Below are positions 1 to 11,913 of a stretch of 44,287 bases of DNA, piece after piece. The number at the start of each line of letters is the position of its first letter. The first letter of the stretch is position 1. The notes beneath the pieces are model-generated. The model saw only the letters and a list, made by a program, of their open reading frames with translations, did no database searches and was not told where the DNA came from. The translations under genes and the position numbers were made by a program. The stretch is from Octopus bimaculoides (taxonomy: Eukaryota): contig NC_068981.1 of the NCBI RefSeq assembly GCF_001194135.2, positions 75,507,200 to 75,551,486 of the forward strand, written 5' to 3'.

Positions 1-1808
1 ATACATACATACACATACATACATATATATGTATGTATGTATATACATAAATCTCCTATTTACTGTGTGACAGTGTCCAAGGAGATGTCCCTCAATGACG
101 CCGAAGCTTAAAATCGCCGAGTACCCAGGTTACCCCAGACCAGCGAAACAAATTGCCCCAAGCAATCGAGAATAGCAGATGTAGATATTTTGTCATTATT
201 ATGGCTTATCAATACTACCTACTCGGATCATCTTGAAACAATATGAACCCGTGGTCTGAGGCTTATATGCAGATAGATTGAACTCTATTTGCTGACTTGC
301 TGCGGCGTAGCGCATGTGAAAGAAAATTAAATTACGAATTAAAAGCAACTCTAGGAATGTAAATATTATCGGTCGTACATTCATAATGCCTGTGTTTTCT
401 TTAGAAGACTCTTTATAGCGGGATAGCGTTCCAGGAAGCTCCATACACGACGCCAACTATTAAGAAGCAGCAAGTGTCGCGGAAGAGGCGAGACAACATA
501 TGTACATATATATGTATGTATGCACGTACGTACATACGTATGTATATATATATATATNNNNNNNNNNNNNNNNNNNNNNNNNNNNNNNNNNNNNNNNNNN
601 NNNNNNNNNNNNNNNNNNNNNNNNNNNNNNNNNNNNNNNNNNNNNNNNNNNNNNNNNNNNNNNNNNNNNNNNNNNNNNNNNNNNNNNNNNNNNNNNNNNN
701 NNNNNNNNNNNNNNNNNNNNNNNNNNNNNNNNNNNNNNNNNNNNNNNNNNNNNNNNNNNNNNNNNNNNNNNNNNNNNNNNNNNNNNNNNNNNNNNNNNNN
801 NNNNNNNNNNNNNNNNNNNNNNNNNNNNNNNNNNNNNNNNNNNNNNNNNNNNNNNNNNNNNNNNNNNNNNNNNNNNNNNNNNNNNNNNNNNNNNNNNNNN
901 NNNNNNNNNNNNNNNNNNNNNNNNNNNNNNNNNNNNNNNNNNNNNNNNNNNNNNNNNNNNNNNNNNNNNNNNNNNNNNNNNNNNNNNNNNNNNNNNNNNN
1001 NNNNNNNNNNNNNNNNNNNNNNNNNNNNNNNNNNNNNNNNNNNNNNNNNNNNNNNNNNNNNNNNNNNNNNNNNNNNNNNNNNNNNNNNNNNNNNNNNNNN
1101 NNNNNNNNNNNNNNNNNNNNNNNNNNNNNNNNNNNNNNNNNNNNNNNNNNNNNNNNNNNNNNNNNNNNNNNNNNNNNNNNNNNNNNNNNNNNNNNNNNNN
1201 NNNNNNNNNNNNNNNNNNNNNNNNNNNNNNNNNNNNNNNNNNNNNNNNNNNNNNNNNNNNNNNNNNNNNNNNNNNNNNNNNNNNNNNNNNNNNNNNNNNN
1301 NNNNNNNNNNNNNNNNNNNNNNNNNNNNNNNNNNNNNNNNNNNNNNNNNNNNNNNNNNNNNNNNNNNNNNNNNNNNNNNNNNNNNNNNNNNNNNNNNNNN
1401 NNNNNNNNNNNNNNNNNNNNNNNNNNNNNNNNNNNNNNNNNNNNNNNNNNNNNNNNNNNNNNNNNNNNNNNNNNNNNNNNNNNNNNNNNNNNNNNNNNNN
1501 NNNNNNNNNNNNNNNNNNNNNNNNNNNNNNNNNNNNNNNNNNTGTGTGTGTGTGTGTGTGTGTGCGCGTAAAATATAAGTAAGATTCAGTTGAATCGGGT
1601 ACTTAAATTGAGGCAACTCGTTAGGGTCGGAATAATATACACACGCAACAGTATTATGTAAATATCAACTTTGATACAAAAGTAACGGCAGAATGATGTT
1701 ATTCTAGTGCATGCAGGCAATTTGACTCAACTGAGTATATAATGCGCTCTTGAGCGATTCAGACATGTACATTTTATTAAATAGGTTGTCCATGATAGAC
1801 ATAGACGT

Positions 1809-2703
1809 AACAGAAGTAAATAACTACCCTTATACTCGTTAAAATTGATTTAAATCTGAAATTATACATTCAAATCATCTATTAATTATTATAATGTGAA
1901 TATCTAATATTTAAATATTTACATGTTTGCCTTTTACATTTTTCAATGCAAGGACCCTATTAGGCATGTTACTGATAAGGTGACGAATATTCTCTTCAGG
2001 AAATTCTTGCCAAGTTTGATGCAGTAATCTCATGATCTGGCTTTGGATATGCTTTGTTGTTCATTTTATGAAGTGTTCTGTTCATTGTCCAATAGGGTTC
2101 ATATGTGGTGACTGGCTTGGCTATGGAAGCTTTTTAATACAGCAATTTTGGACTCATCAGAGATTATGACAGTGTTCCAGTGCTAGTGGCCCAATGTTTT
2201 CTCCGCTTGATATTGGTTGATCGAAGAAGTGGCTTCCTTCTTGCTGCTTTGCCATAGTAGCCAAGTTTGTGGAGATACCTGACTGCTGTCCTGGGATTGA
2301 CATCAACTGGTTCTGCTATGTTAGAGGTATTGCAACGATGTTTATCCTCCACACTTCACTTAGCAAAGTGACGGGTCCTGTCAGCGGGCCCTGGTCAACG
2401 TGTGCAACGTAATGTAAACTCCTTGCCCTCCCTAGTGAATTGCACAATCACTCTATTAACTGTAGCAAGTGGGATCCCAAGGTTTTCTGCGATTTTACTC
2501 CGACTAGGTCCACCTTGAAATTGACTCACAATATGGCCTCTTTGACATTAGGACAGTTCCAAGCCTTCTTTTGTATTTGGCATGATTAAACAGTTACATA
2601 TAGAACCTGGAACATAAATATATCAATTAATGAAAACTCTAAACACTTTCAAGTTAAACTAAGCATATGGCGATGTTTTATGGGGTGTCTATTTACTTCT
2701 GTT
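1809..2703 (-). mobile_element. Internally deleted Tc1-family DNA transposon with residual terminal inverted repeats
   Basis: A perfect 14-bp inverted repeat, AACAGAAGTAAATA (1809-1822) / TATTTACTTCTGTT (2690-2703), brackets a transposase pseudogene. The ~0.9 kb length fits a Tc1 that has lost ~350 bp. Confidence 0.75.
1911..2583 (-). pseudogene. Tc1 transposase pseudogene (HTH region, first catalytic D and C-terminus; central DDE segment deleted)
   Basis: Manual translation from ATG 2583: [48 protein letters not shown]...VNPRTAVRYLHKLGYYGKAARRKPLLRSTNIKRRKHWA. After a frameshift it reads WNTVIISDESKI, then jumps directly to KKLP*PSQSPHMNPI (WPxxSPDLNPIE motif). It ends with WQEFPEENIRHLISNMPNRVLALKNVKGKH, the typical Tc1 C-terminus. 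Confidence 0.9.
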
Positions 2704-3223
2704 TAGTTCCGTAATAGTTTGCGTCATTCGGTTTCTCACACGTTTCACAAACTCGCGGTAAAGTCGGCCTCTGTCATGAGTCGCAGTAAGACCGCACACT
2801 CTAATCTGGTCATTTCTGTACATATATATGCATGAACAAGCATNNNNNNNNNNNNNNNNNNNNNNNNNNNNNNNNNNNNNNNNNNNNNNNNNNNNNNNNN
2901 NNNNNNNNNNNNNNNNNNNNNNNNNNNNNNNNNNNNNNNNNNNNNNNNNNNNNNNNNNNNNNNNNNNNNNNNNNNNNNNNNNNNNNNNNNNNNNNNNNNN
3001 NNNNNNNNNNNNNNNNNNNNNNNNNNNNNNNNNNNNNNNNNNNNNNNNNNNNNNNNNNNNNNNNNNNNNNNNNNNNNNNNNNNNNNNNNNNNNNNNNNNN
3101 NNNNNNNNNNNNNNNNNNNNGTTTTGTGCATCTGTTCGTGTAGTTGTATTTCATGGTTTTGTGAGTGGGCGTTGAAGGAGTTAAGGAGATAGCTAGATGG
3201 CTAGATAGATAGTCGGATAGAGA

Positions 3224-3273
<50 letters not shown>

Positions 3274-3904
3274 ATGAGTAAGAGAGAGAATGTGAAGGAA
3301 AGAGAACGAAAGGGGGGTGATACTTACTCAGCTTTATATTGATAATTGCATAGATTTACATTACATTATGGATATTACATTGTATACTTGCATAGATATC
3401 ACACGTATAAATAGAATGCTTTATACTAAGAAGTGTCGAACACACTGTCTTAGCCGCATGGTATGGTGACGCCAATGCATAAACGGTCGTGCGTGTCTAC
3501 GTGTGAACTCAACTTGTTAGAAAACTCAACCGAATATCCGGCAATCCATACCCTAATGTCCTAGAGAACAGAAGGAGATATATTTCGTTGGAAAAGAAAG
3601 AGAAAATAATGGAATTCTCTCGCTATATCTATAAATTCAGCTGACCTAGCATAGCTTATTATATACTTCTATACATCGCACGCGTGTGTGTGTGTGGGTT
3701 TATAGACATATATGTACATAGATTTGCATGTTTCTGTGTGCGTGTGTGTGTAAATATGTAACTGTCAGATCCATGTATGTATGCGTATAAATTTACTCAT
3801 GGACACCGACAAAAACATATAGTAGATGCAATAGGCTTAACTACAGACACTAATTATGAAGACGCTTAGGACAGACTTACTCGTTTCCCTCCCCCTTCTC
3901 TCCG

Positions 3905-3983
<79 letters not shown>

Positions 3984-4420
3984 GTCTATCTAGCTATCTA
4001 TGTGGATATGTATACGGACACACAGTAGACATGTTTGTATTCGTGAGTGTGCGTGTGTGTGTGCATGTGTGTGCGCGTGTGTTTGCGTGTGTGTGTGTAT
4101 GTGTATGTATGTGCTGCCCAAACCCTTACATTTACACACGCACACACTCACCTTTAGACATATGCCCACCCACACATACGCATATATCCCGCACACATGA
4201 AGGCTCATACAAATACACAGACCAACCACCGTGCATCACACACATTCTCGGATCATTGTTACATGTACATGTAGGAATGAATGCACACATACATTTGAGT
4301 CAACGAAGGAGTCCCTGGGCGTCCGTTTGTAATGCTTGAAATAGCAGCGAAATTTCAAATCAGATACTAATGTCATATAAAATGTTACGCTCGATAATGC
4401 GGTCCTGGGTTCCTTAAACA

Positions 4421-4748
4421 TCATCATCATCAATGCCACCACCACCACCACCACCNNNNNNNNNNNNNNNNNNNNNNNNNNNNNNNNNNNNNNNNNNNNN
4501 NNNNNNNNNNNNNNNNNNNNNNNNNNNNNNNNNNNNNNNNNNNNNNNNNNNNNNNNNNNNNNNNNNNNNNNNNNNNNNNNNNNNNNNNNNNNNNNNNNNN
4601 NNNNNNNNNNNNNNNNNNNNNNNNNNNNNNNNNNNNNNNNNNNNNNNNNNNNNNNNNNNNNNNNNNNNNNNNNNNNNNNNNNNNNNNNNNNNNNNNNNNN
4701 NNNNNNNNNNNNNNNNNNNNNNNNNNNNNNNNNNNNNNNNNNNNNNNN

Positions 4749-4788
<40 letters not shown>

Positions 4789-4860
4789 ACGACCACAATA
4801 ACAACAGCAGCAACGACCACAATAACAACAGCAGCAACAACAGCACCAGCAGCTGCTGCA
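4421..4860. repeat. Compound trinucleotide repeat (CAT)n/(CCA)n spanning a gap, followed by a 24-bp tandem duplication and CAA/CAG-rich decay
   Basis: (CAT)n and (CCA)n flank gap 4456-4748. CAACGACCACAATAACAACAGCAG occurs twice, at 4787-4810 and 4811-4834. Confidence 0.9.
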
Positions 4861-5301
4861 CCAACCGCAGATATAACTAAACCGACGGTAGATTTACATA
4901 CAGATGCACACAAGAAGCGACGCACACCCAGCACTGACACACACAATCTCACATGAAAGTCACCACTTTAAAACATCATAGAGAACAGATGAAGGAATTT
5001 TTACATAGTGGCTGCAGTTCAACCAGCTAGAAACAGCAGCCAAACTAACCTAACATTACATCCTCATGTATACAGGGTAACTTTTTTATACGTGTGTGTG
5101 TGTGTGTGTGTGTGTGAACGAGAGTTTGTGCTTCTGTGAAGATTGTGAAGATTGTACCCTCCTATTAATGTGCGTATATAAATCTATTACCTCTATTACT
5201 TATGTGCGTGTGCGTGAGCACGTGTGTATGTGTTGTGCGTGTGTATGTATGTGTGTGCGTGTGCGTGTGTGTGTGTGTGCGTGTGTGTGTGTGTGTGTGC
5301 T

Positions 5302-5337
<36 letters not shown>

Positions 5338-5829
5338 CTTACTGCAGTAAATGTATATATAGGTATGTATGTGTGTATACAGTAGAAAAATAGATGGGAT
5401 ATTATTGGCTGGAAACAACTGTCATCAAAGTTCTCCGCATTCAGCACAGACTTCGGTAGGGGTGGGTGGGGGGTTAAAGAAACAAGAATAAGAACAACAG
5501 CAGCAGAAGGATCATCAGCAGCAGCAACTTCATTGTCAGATACACGGGACACTGACAAAACCACACACGTTATGTTGACACCTCGACCGACTCACAACGC
5601 ACTGACAAATATTTAAGCGCATCGCACAACAGTCCGTTCTCGCTCACTATTTTTTCCTCTCTCTGTCTCTCGTACAGACAAATTAATACATATGATGCTA
5701 TCAATAAAAGGAATCATTAGATTATGTAGAAGAATCCCTTTTAGTAGCATTCTCGGTTAACAAACAACAGACCAAGTTGAGCGGAAAGAAGCAGGGTTAC
5801 GCTCCTTCTCAGGACTGCAAAGGGCAACA

Positions 5830-5891
<62 letters not shown>

Positions 5892-5990
5892 CTTACCTTT
5901 TCTGCTTGTTTCTTTCTCTGTCTGTCTGTCTGTCTCTGTCTCTCCCTCACACACATACACACACATACGTATGTATGTACAAAATGGAAA

Positions 5991-6095
5991 AATGGCTCCG
6001 GCGTTTGTTTCGTAGCCACGAATACAAGGTTCAATCCCACAGTATGGTATCTTGGGTAAATATTAGAAGTTTCGTGTCGACTCATGCCCTTGATT
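5991..6095 (+). mobile_element. Degraded 5' head of SINE family B
   Basis: ATGGCT...CCAC...GGTTCAATCCCACAGTATGGTATCTTGGGTAAAT aligns with the reverse complement of the heads at 11913, 29624 and 39659. B-box-like GGTTCAATCC is present. Confidence 0.55.
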
Positions 6096-6987
6096 TACAA
6101 ATACGCATCGAACTGTTATTCATATACAAATATATTGACAGAATAACACTGCTGCTGATAGGCAAGCTATAATAATACGCTTAGCTGACATATTTACACA
6201 CAGGCACACAAGTACACACACTCTCACACACATACATGCATAATGCATACATACACACATACAGAGACACCACACACTTATACGTATAGAAATACACACA
6301 AACTACCATCACATGTGCAAATACATACACGAAAAGATCTGAAACAAACAATTGTAGGAAAATATAAATGAGAATAAGTGTGTAAAACATGTGCTTAAGA
6401 CAATACTGCTAACTGGCCTGTATTTGGCAGACGTTTTGGTTGACATATGTCCAACATTTTGTCTATGTTTGCAGAAACAATTTAGAAGAGGGAGAAGTGA
6501 ATGAGGTGAATTTCATTCTATAAGTAAATTTTAGTTTTATTGTACAAAGATATTATTGTTTGTGATAGAGAAAAGGCGTATTCACTGTAATAGAGGCCAA
6601 CTACGCTACTGCTTTGAATATCGTTTAGAAAATCAAAAAGAAAAAGGTTAACTTTGGACAACTGCTTGGGAAATTTACTGTTGTATGTATTAAAGTTGAT
6701 ACCTCTCACTTGCGATCACACATCGACAGAAACAAGGAAAAATAAAACTCGCCAACAAATGAGCTTCCTTGTGGCTGTTCCGACTGCTATAGCAAATAGT
6801 AATCAAATTTCCATAATCTTTTATGATTCTTAAGCTGGTCAGCAGCTCAATCTATTGTGAAATTTCAAGAGTGTGACAATGTCAATTTTACATCTTGGGA
6901 AATGTTTGTTGTTTGGTGGGAGAATTATATTTTCTTAGATACGAAATATTTAAACGTTAAACAATATATATATATTTACAAAATTAA

Positions 6988-7152
6988 GGAAGCGAGCTGG
7001 CAGAATCGTTAGCCTGTCGGGTAAAATGCTTAGCGACATTTCGTCCGTCTTTACGTTCTGAGTTAAACTTCCGCCGAGTTTAAAACCGAGATTAATATAA
7101 TCAACTTACTCCTACCGAAAAATTTCTTTCCTTGTGCCAAAATTTTAAACCT
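6988..7152 (+). mobile_element. SINE family A, internally deleted copy
   Basis: The head GCGAGCTGGCAGAATCGTTAGC...AAAATGCTTAGCGACATTTCGTC...CCGCCGAG matches the 23436 copy. The central CCTTTCATCC...AAGTACCAG block is absent and the 3' end CCTTGTGCCAAAATTT is retained. Confidence 0.8.
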
Positions 7153-9815
7153 AAATGTTTTTTGAATTCCTCATCTTGAATAGAACATAGGCAAGATGTT
7201 ATCCGTGAGCAGAAACATCATTTGTACTACACTCTGTTTAGCAAATATCAACTCTGATATTTTTACATTAGAAAAATTGCATCAAGTACGAGGTAGCCAT
7301 TAGTTATTTTTCAATTATTAAATATTGTTGTTGAAATGTAATGGTCTGTTAATTATCTTAAATTACTTTATATTTGTTTCTGTTTTTTTTTTCTATTCAA
7401 AAAATGGTCTAATCCTGATATATGCTTGATTCTTTAACATTAAGAATAACACTATTAGTATTTTATTAAAAAGATTAATGCCGTTTTTGTTCTAATATTG
7501 CTTTCTTTACGTGCACTAATGACGTAAATTTAAATATAATTTCATTATATACGTTTTCGTCATCATTGTAGGAGTCCAATTAATATCTCTATAACACCCA
7601 CACGTTAGCTGTGGGATTATAAGAAAATATGAACAATAAACCAGTGCACAAAATTAGTTTCTGCATGAAATAATCTCCTGTGTTTTTAAATGATTTTTTG
7701 AAAGATGTCAGAAGAGCGTTCGTAAGTTGCTCAAGGGAAGCAGTAAAGTTGAGAATCACTACTTTAAATAAAATGTAGAACTCACTGGAAAATAGAATTA
7801 TAGATATGCTATGCCTTACTGTAATGATTACAAATATGATATATACGAAAACAGTTTTGTTGAATCCGTGCTAGCTCCGTGTGGCCAACGACAACAAGAA
7901 TAAAATAGAGTTCCTATTTACTGTCCCAGATTTAAAATGAGAAGCAAAATGCTTGTGGTAGTGAATGCTCAAATTAACATTATTTTCTTTAAAATCTATT
8001 ATTGTTTTGCGAATACCCAGATCAAATTCATTAATATAATGGAATCGATGGAATATATGTATATAATAACGTATCTATTAATTTTTAATACATTCTGGCA
8101 GATTTGAACGTGACATGTGCATCTCTTGGGATCTTTACATTTTTATCAGTACTGATATCTCCGTTGACATAATTTGTAAGAGTGGAAATATCTTGTAGCA
8201 CATAATGGATCATCAATGTAAATATGTCACTGTTCATCAGTCCGTTGGACAACTAATGAAAGACAACTGTCAAGCGGAATTACAATGTATAACATTTAAA
8301 TGAGGTGACATTGCTTAAACAGGACTCGTTAAGTTGATGTATAACACTTTAATTGTTGCCGAGAAGACTCTGTAAACAGAATTATTGGACACGAAAATAG
8401 CTGTGTGATTAAGAAGTTTTGCTTTACAAGTGCGTCGCTTCGGTTCGCTTGCACTAAGTAGCTTCTTGGATTAGCATCTTGAGTCGACCCACGTTATGTA
8501 AATGTAATTCAAGAGCCAAAAACTATAAGTGAGATCATCGGGGAGGAGGGCTTCCTTCTTATATTGCAAACTAAATCTGTCGTCCGGTGTAGCACCAATA
8601 TCTAGTACCTTCATTCGTTTAGAAAGGATCACACATTGAAAGCATTCGGATCAGGTCTCGTGGCCTCTTATAAGTGATGGAGGCTTGAAAGGAGTCATAG
8701 GTAGTGTTCTTCGTCTTCTGGCTATGGCATAAAGAAAATAACATATTAATAATTGGTATTACGAAGGTTAGCATGGGTTTTACAGATTAAAGAATTTTTA
8801 GACAGAAGAGTTTGTTACCGATATGCTAGTTTGTACAATTTGTTTCACTAGCCTTCCATGCATATTAGTTCCGTTTTATTCGGTCATATTGTTGTAGAAC
8901 TTACACACGCATGCACACACACACACTACGCACACGCAAACATTTGTAGACAGTAAGTATGGCCTGCGCCCATGGAGCAATGAGAAATCTAAATTCATCC
9001 AAGGGCCAACCTTACTATCTACAAAAAAGGAAGAAAGATTTATGCGGTATATAACAAAACTGCATTATATATATATGTGGTGATTCATTCTCTAACAGCA
9101 TGTGTATATATCGATACAACCAGAAAACGGATTCGTTGCCATACAATTATATCAAGTATATATCAATGCAGTTATAACTATACACGCACACACGAACACA
9201 CTCATATAACGATAGTGAGTATATATAAGTAGGAATAAACAGTTGGCATTTGTTATGAAGATATTTCAATTCTGGAAAGCGATGAAAAAGTGCCGAATAT
9301 ATCTGGAAAAAAGGAAGAGATATATAGAGAGAGCTAATGTAAGGACACTTTAATATGACTAAACTTGTACAACTAAATCTAAGAGTGATATGAAAATATA
9401 AACGAGCTATATATTCGAATAATACATAATATACTCCTTATCACTTAATGTTACGTGTAAATGTGTATCGTTTTGAAGTTAAACTAAAAGTAAAATTGTG
9501 GTTGTCTTCATTAAGCTTCCGGATTACCACAGGCTTCATCGTTGTGCAGTATTTCAATAATTACTCTGTATGTGGGTGTGTGTGTGTGCGTGCGTGCGTG
9601 TGTTTTGCTTTCTGTATGTATGTACGTATGTATGTATGTATGCATATACATAAAGGTAATTATTGGAATATTGCACAACTATGACGCAAGTGATAATCCA
9701 GAAGCCCAACGTTTACACACACACACACACACATGTATATATTTATATATATACATATATATGTGTGTGTGTGTGTATATGTATACATATGTATGGGTAT
9801 ATGTATACATATGTA

Positions 9816-9859
<44 letters not shown>

Positions 9860-10097
9860 ACACGCGCGCGTGAGCTACATAAATCATCTCCCTGATAGTT
9901 CCTTCCCGCAGCAGATCAGCCCCTCAGGGAATCTCTCCCTGACTATGTTACCGACAGCCATCAACATGCAACTGTACAAGGAGAAAGAATATTCACCATG
10001 TCAATCACACTGGCCCCCAGGTCATACCATTATTGCCTCTTGTACCGGATTAAACCAATACTGTGCACATATATACATGGTTGCATACACACACACA

Positions 10098-10144
<47 letters not shown>

Positions 10145-10439
10145 AGATGGAAATGCAATACATCCGGAAGTGCGAATGCACAAAAGCGCATATATGCATA
10201 TGTAGATACGCATATGCATAAATATTTAAATGTGTGTATGCGTGTGTATGTGAGAGAGTAGGAAAAGTGAGAGAGTGGGGAGGGTGAGAGAGGGAGGGGT
10301 ATATAGCGTGTGGCTTCTACAAATGTAAACACCGATTTGAACGATAGAAACGTGATTTCAAACCTCTTTGTCCTCATTATTTTAATATTGAACAGTGTTG
10401 TATGAGTAAATAAAGAGCGATACATTTTAATGACAAAGA

Positions 10440-10670
10440 ACCTGTCTCCTATTTTGTATCCAGCCACAGATTGGGAGATGCAATGGGATCTGAAGTGTAG
10501 ATTTATCTTCCCAAAGGAAATAGCAGTTATATTACAACGACCAGATATTTTCTTGCTCTCCAGGAGTACAAAAAGAACTAGTGAGGAAGAAATTACTGGG
10601 CCATGACAGGACACACTCGATTTTCATCAACAGCAAAAGGAAACCTAATATCAGGACCATTTCCTGATGG
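10440..10670 (+). pseudogene. Non-LTR retrotransposon relic: restriction-like endonuclease (RLE) domain, HERO-like
   Basis: Frame from 10463 reads ATDWEMQWDLKCRFIFPKEIAVILQRPDIFLLSRSTKRTSEEEITGP*QDTLDFHQQQKET*YQD. This follows the HERO-type pattern AxDWx+xxDL...L.FPxxI..T..RPD+v+wS...K....E+TVPWE......K...Y.D. It contains two in-frame stops. Confidence 0.75.
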
Positions 10671-10968
10671 AAATATATATATACGTACATGTGTCTGTAT
10701 TTTTGTGTGTGTGAGAGAGAGAGAGAAAGAATGGACGAAGGAACAGCGGAACTGGATATCATCTCATTCGCCACGGAAAACAGAGTATAAGCGCGGTCAC
10801 GGCGCGTTTTGACGTTCGAGGATTTAAGTTCTACGGTACTAGTTATCTGGGTGCATCAGAGATGTAATATCACTGACGTGATAGATATTACAGGAGTAAA
10901 ATCGAAGGACCACCACAAACATGTAGGACGGAACCTAACGAATAGATAGAAAGAATTAGTAACATAAG

Positions 10969-11005
<37 letters not shown>

Positions 11006-11495
11006 NNNNNNNNNNNNNNNNNNNNNNNNNNNNNNNNNNNNNNNNNNNNNNNNNNNNNNNNNNNNNNNNNNNNNNNNNNNNNNNNNNNNNNNNNNNNNNN
11101 NNNNNNNNNNNNNNNNNNNNNNNNNNNNNNNNNNNNNNNNNNNNNNNNNNNNNNNNNNNNNNNNNNNNNNNNNNNNNNNNNNNNNNNNNNNNNNNNNNNN
11201 NNNNNNNNNNNNNNNNNNNNNNNNNNNNNNNNNNNNNNNNNNNNNNNNNNNNNNNNNNNNNNNNNNNNNNNNNNNNNNNNNNNNNNNNNNNNNNNNNNNN
11301 NNNNNNNNNNNNNNNNNNNNNNNNNNNNNNNNNNNNNNNNNNNNNNNNNNNNNNNNNNNNNNNNNNNNNNNNNNNNNNNNNNNNNNNNNNNNNNNNNNNN
11401 NNNNNNNNNNNNNNNNNNNNNNNNNNNNNNNNNNNNNNNNNNNNNNNNNNNNNNNNNNNNNNNNNNNNNNNNNNNNNNNNNNNNNNNNNNNNNNN

Positions 11496-11536
<41 letters not shown>

Positions 11537-11538
<2 letters not shown>

Positions 11539-11913
11539 TTCTTTTACTTGTTTCAGCCATTTGACTGCGGCCATGCTGGAGCACCGCCTTGAAGGGTTTT
11601 AATCGAACAAATCAACTCCAGAACTTATTCTTTGTAAGAGTAGTACTTATTCTATCCGGCTATAACGCCGAACCGCTAGGTTACAGTTGTCAAGCATCAG
11701 TTGTCAAGCGATAGTGGAAGGACGATCACAGATATACACACATACATACAAACATGTATGTATAGAAAACGGTGTTCTTTCAGCTTCTATCTACCAAATC
11801 CACTCAAAAGGCATTGGTCTGCCCAAGGCTGTAGCTGAAGACAAGGTGCCACGCAGTGGGACTGAACAAGTAACCATGTGGTTGGGAAGCAAACAACTTA
11901 CCACACAGCCACG
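11537..11913 (-). mobile_element. tRNA-derived SINE family B, near full length
   Basis: The minus-strand head CGTGGCTGTGTGGTAAG (A-box-like) ... GTTCAGTCCCACTGCGTGGCACC (B-box-like) is followed by an internal AC/AT microsatellite. The tail is CCAGCATGGCCGCAGTCAAATGGCTGAAACAAGTAAAAGAAT. Homologous copies lie at 29224 and 39325. Confidence 0.9.

Noticed and set aside
199-480. 85-aa minus ORF and the neighbouring frame NSWRRVWSFLERYPAIKSLL (faintly hAT-like)
   Set aside because: The similarity is too short, there are many stops, and no TIR or other hAT motifs are present.
2150-2160. CUGAUGAGUCC (classic hammerhead start) on the minus strand
   Set aside because: There is no complementary GGAC-GAAA. 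It is simply the SDES codons of the Tc1 transposase.
4749-4956. Open frame SSSS-TTTITTAATTTITTAATTAPAAAAPTADITKPTVDLHTDAHKKRRTPSTDTHNLT* (mucin-like, with a KKRR)
   Set aside because: It is explained by decaying CAT/CAA/CAG repeats plus a 24-bp duplication. Its start lies in a gap and there is no supporting splice or start context.
5650-5760. Strong 3' splice-site-like tract TTTTTTCCTCTCTCTGTCTCTCGTACAG
   Set aside because: All three downstream frames close within ~30 codons and no donor is evident. The tract may be CT microsatellite decay.
6475-6709. Short open frames on both strands (ILLFVIEKRRIHCNRGQLRYCFEYRLENQKEK on +; 63-aa ORF on -)
   Set aside because: No recognisable family, weak splice sites, and mutually overlapping alternatives typical of chance.
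7250-8234. The same heptapeptide NSDIFTL on + (7250-7270) and - (8214-8234) strands with synonymous differences
   Set aside because: A rough estimate gives several chance 7-aa matches among all six-frame position pairs of a window this size. The similarity does not extend convincingly.
10863-10892. Alternative hairpins TGTAATATC/GATATTACA and TATCAC/GTGATA around a CRE-like TGACGTGA
   Set aside because: Short, AT-rich and single-copy, with nothing to distinguish it from chance or a repeat fragment.
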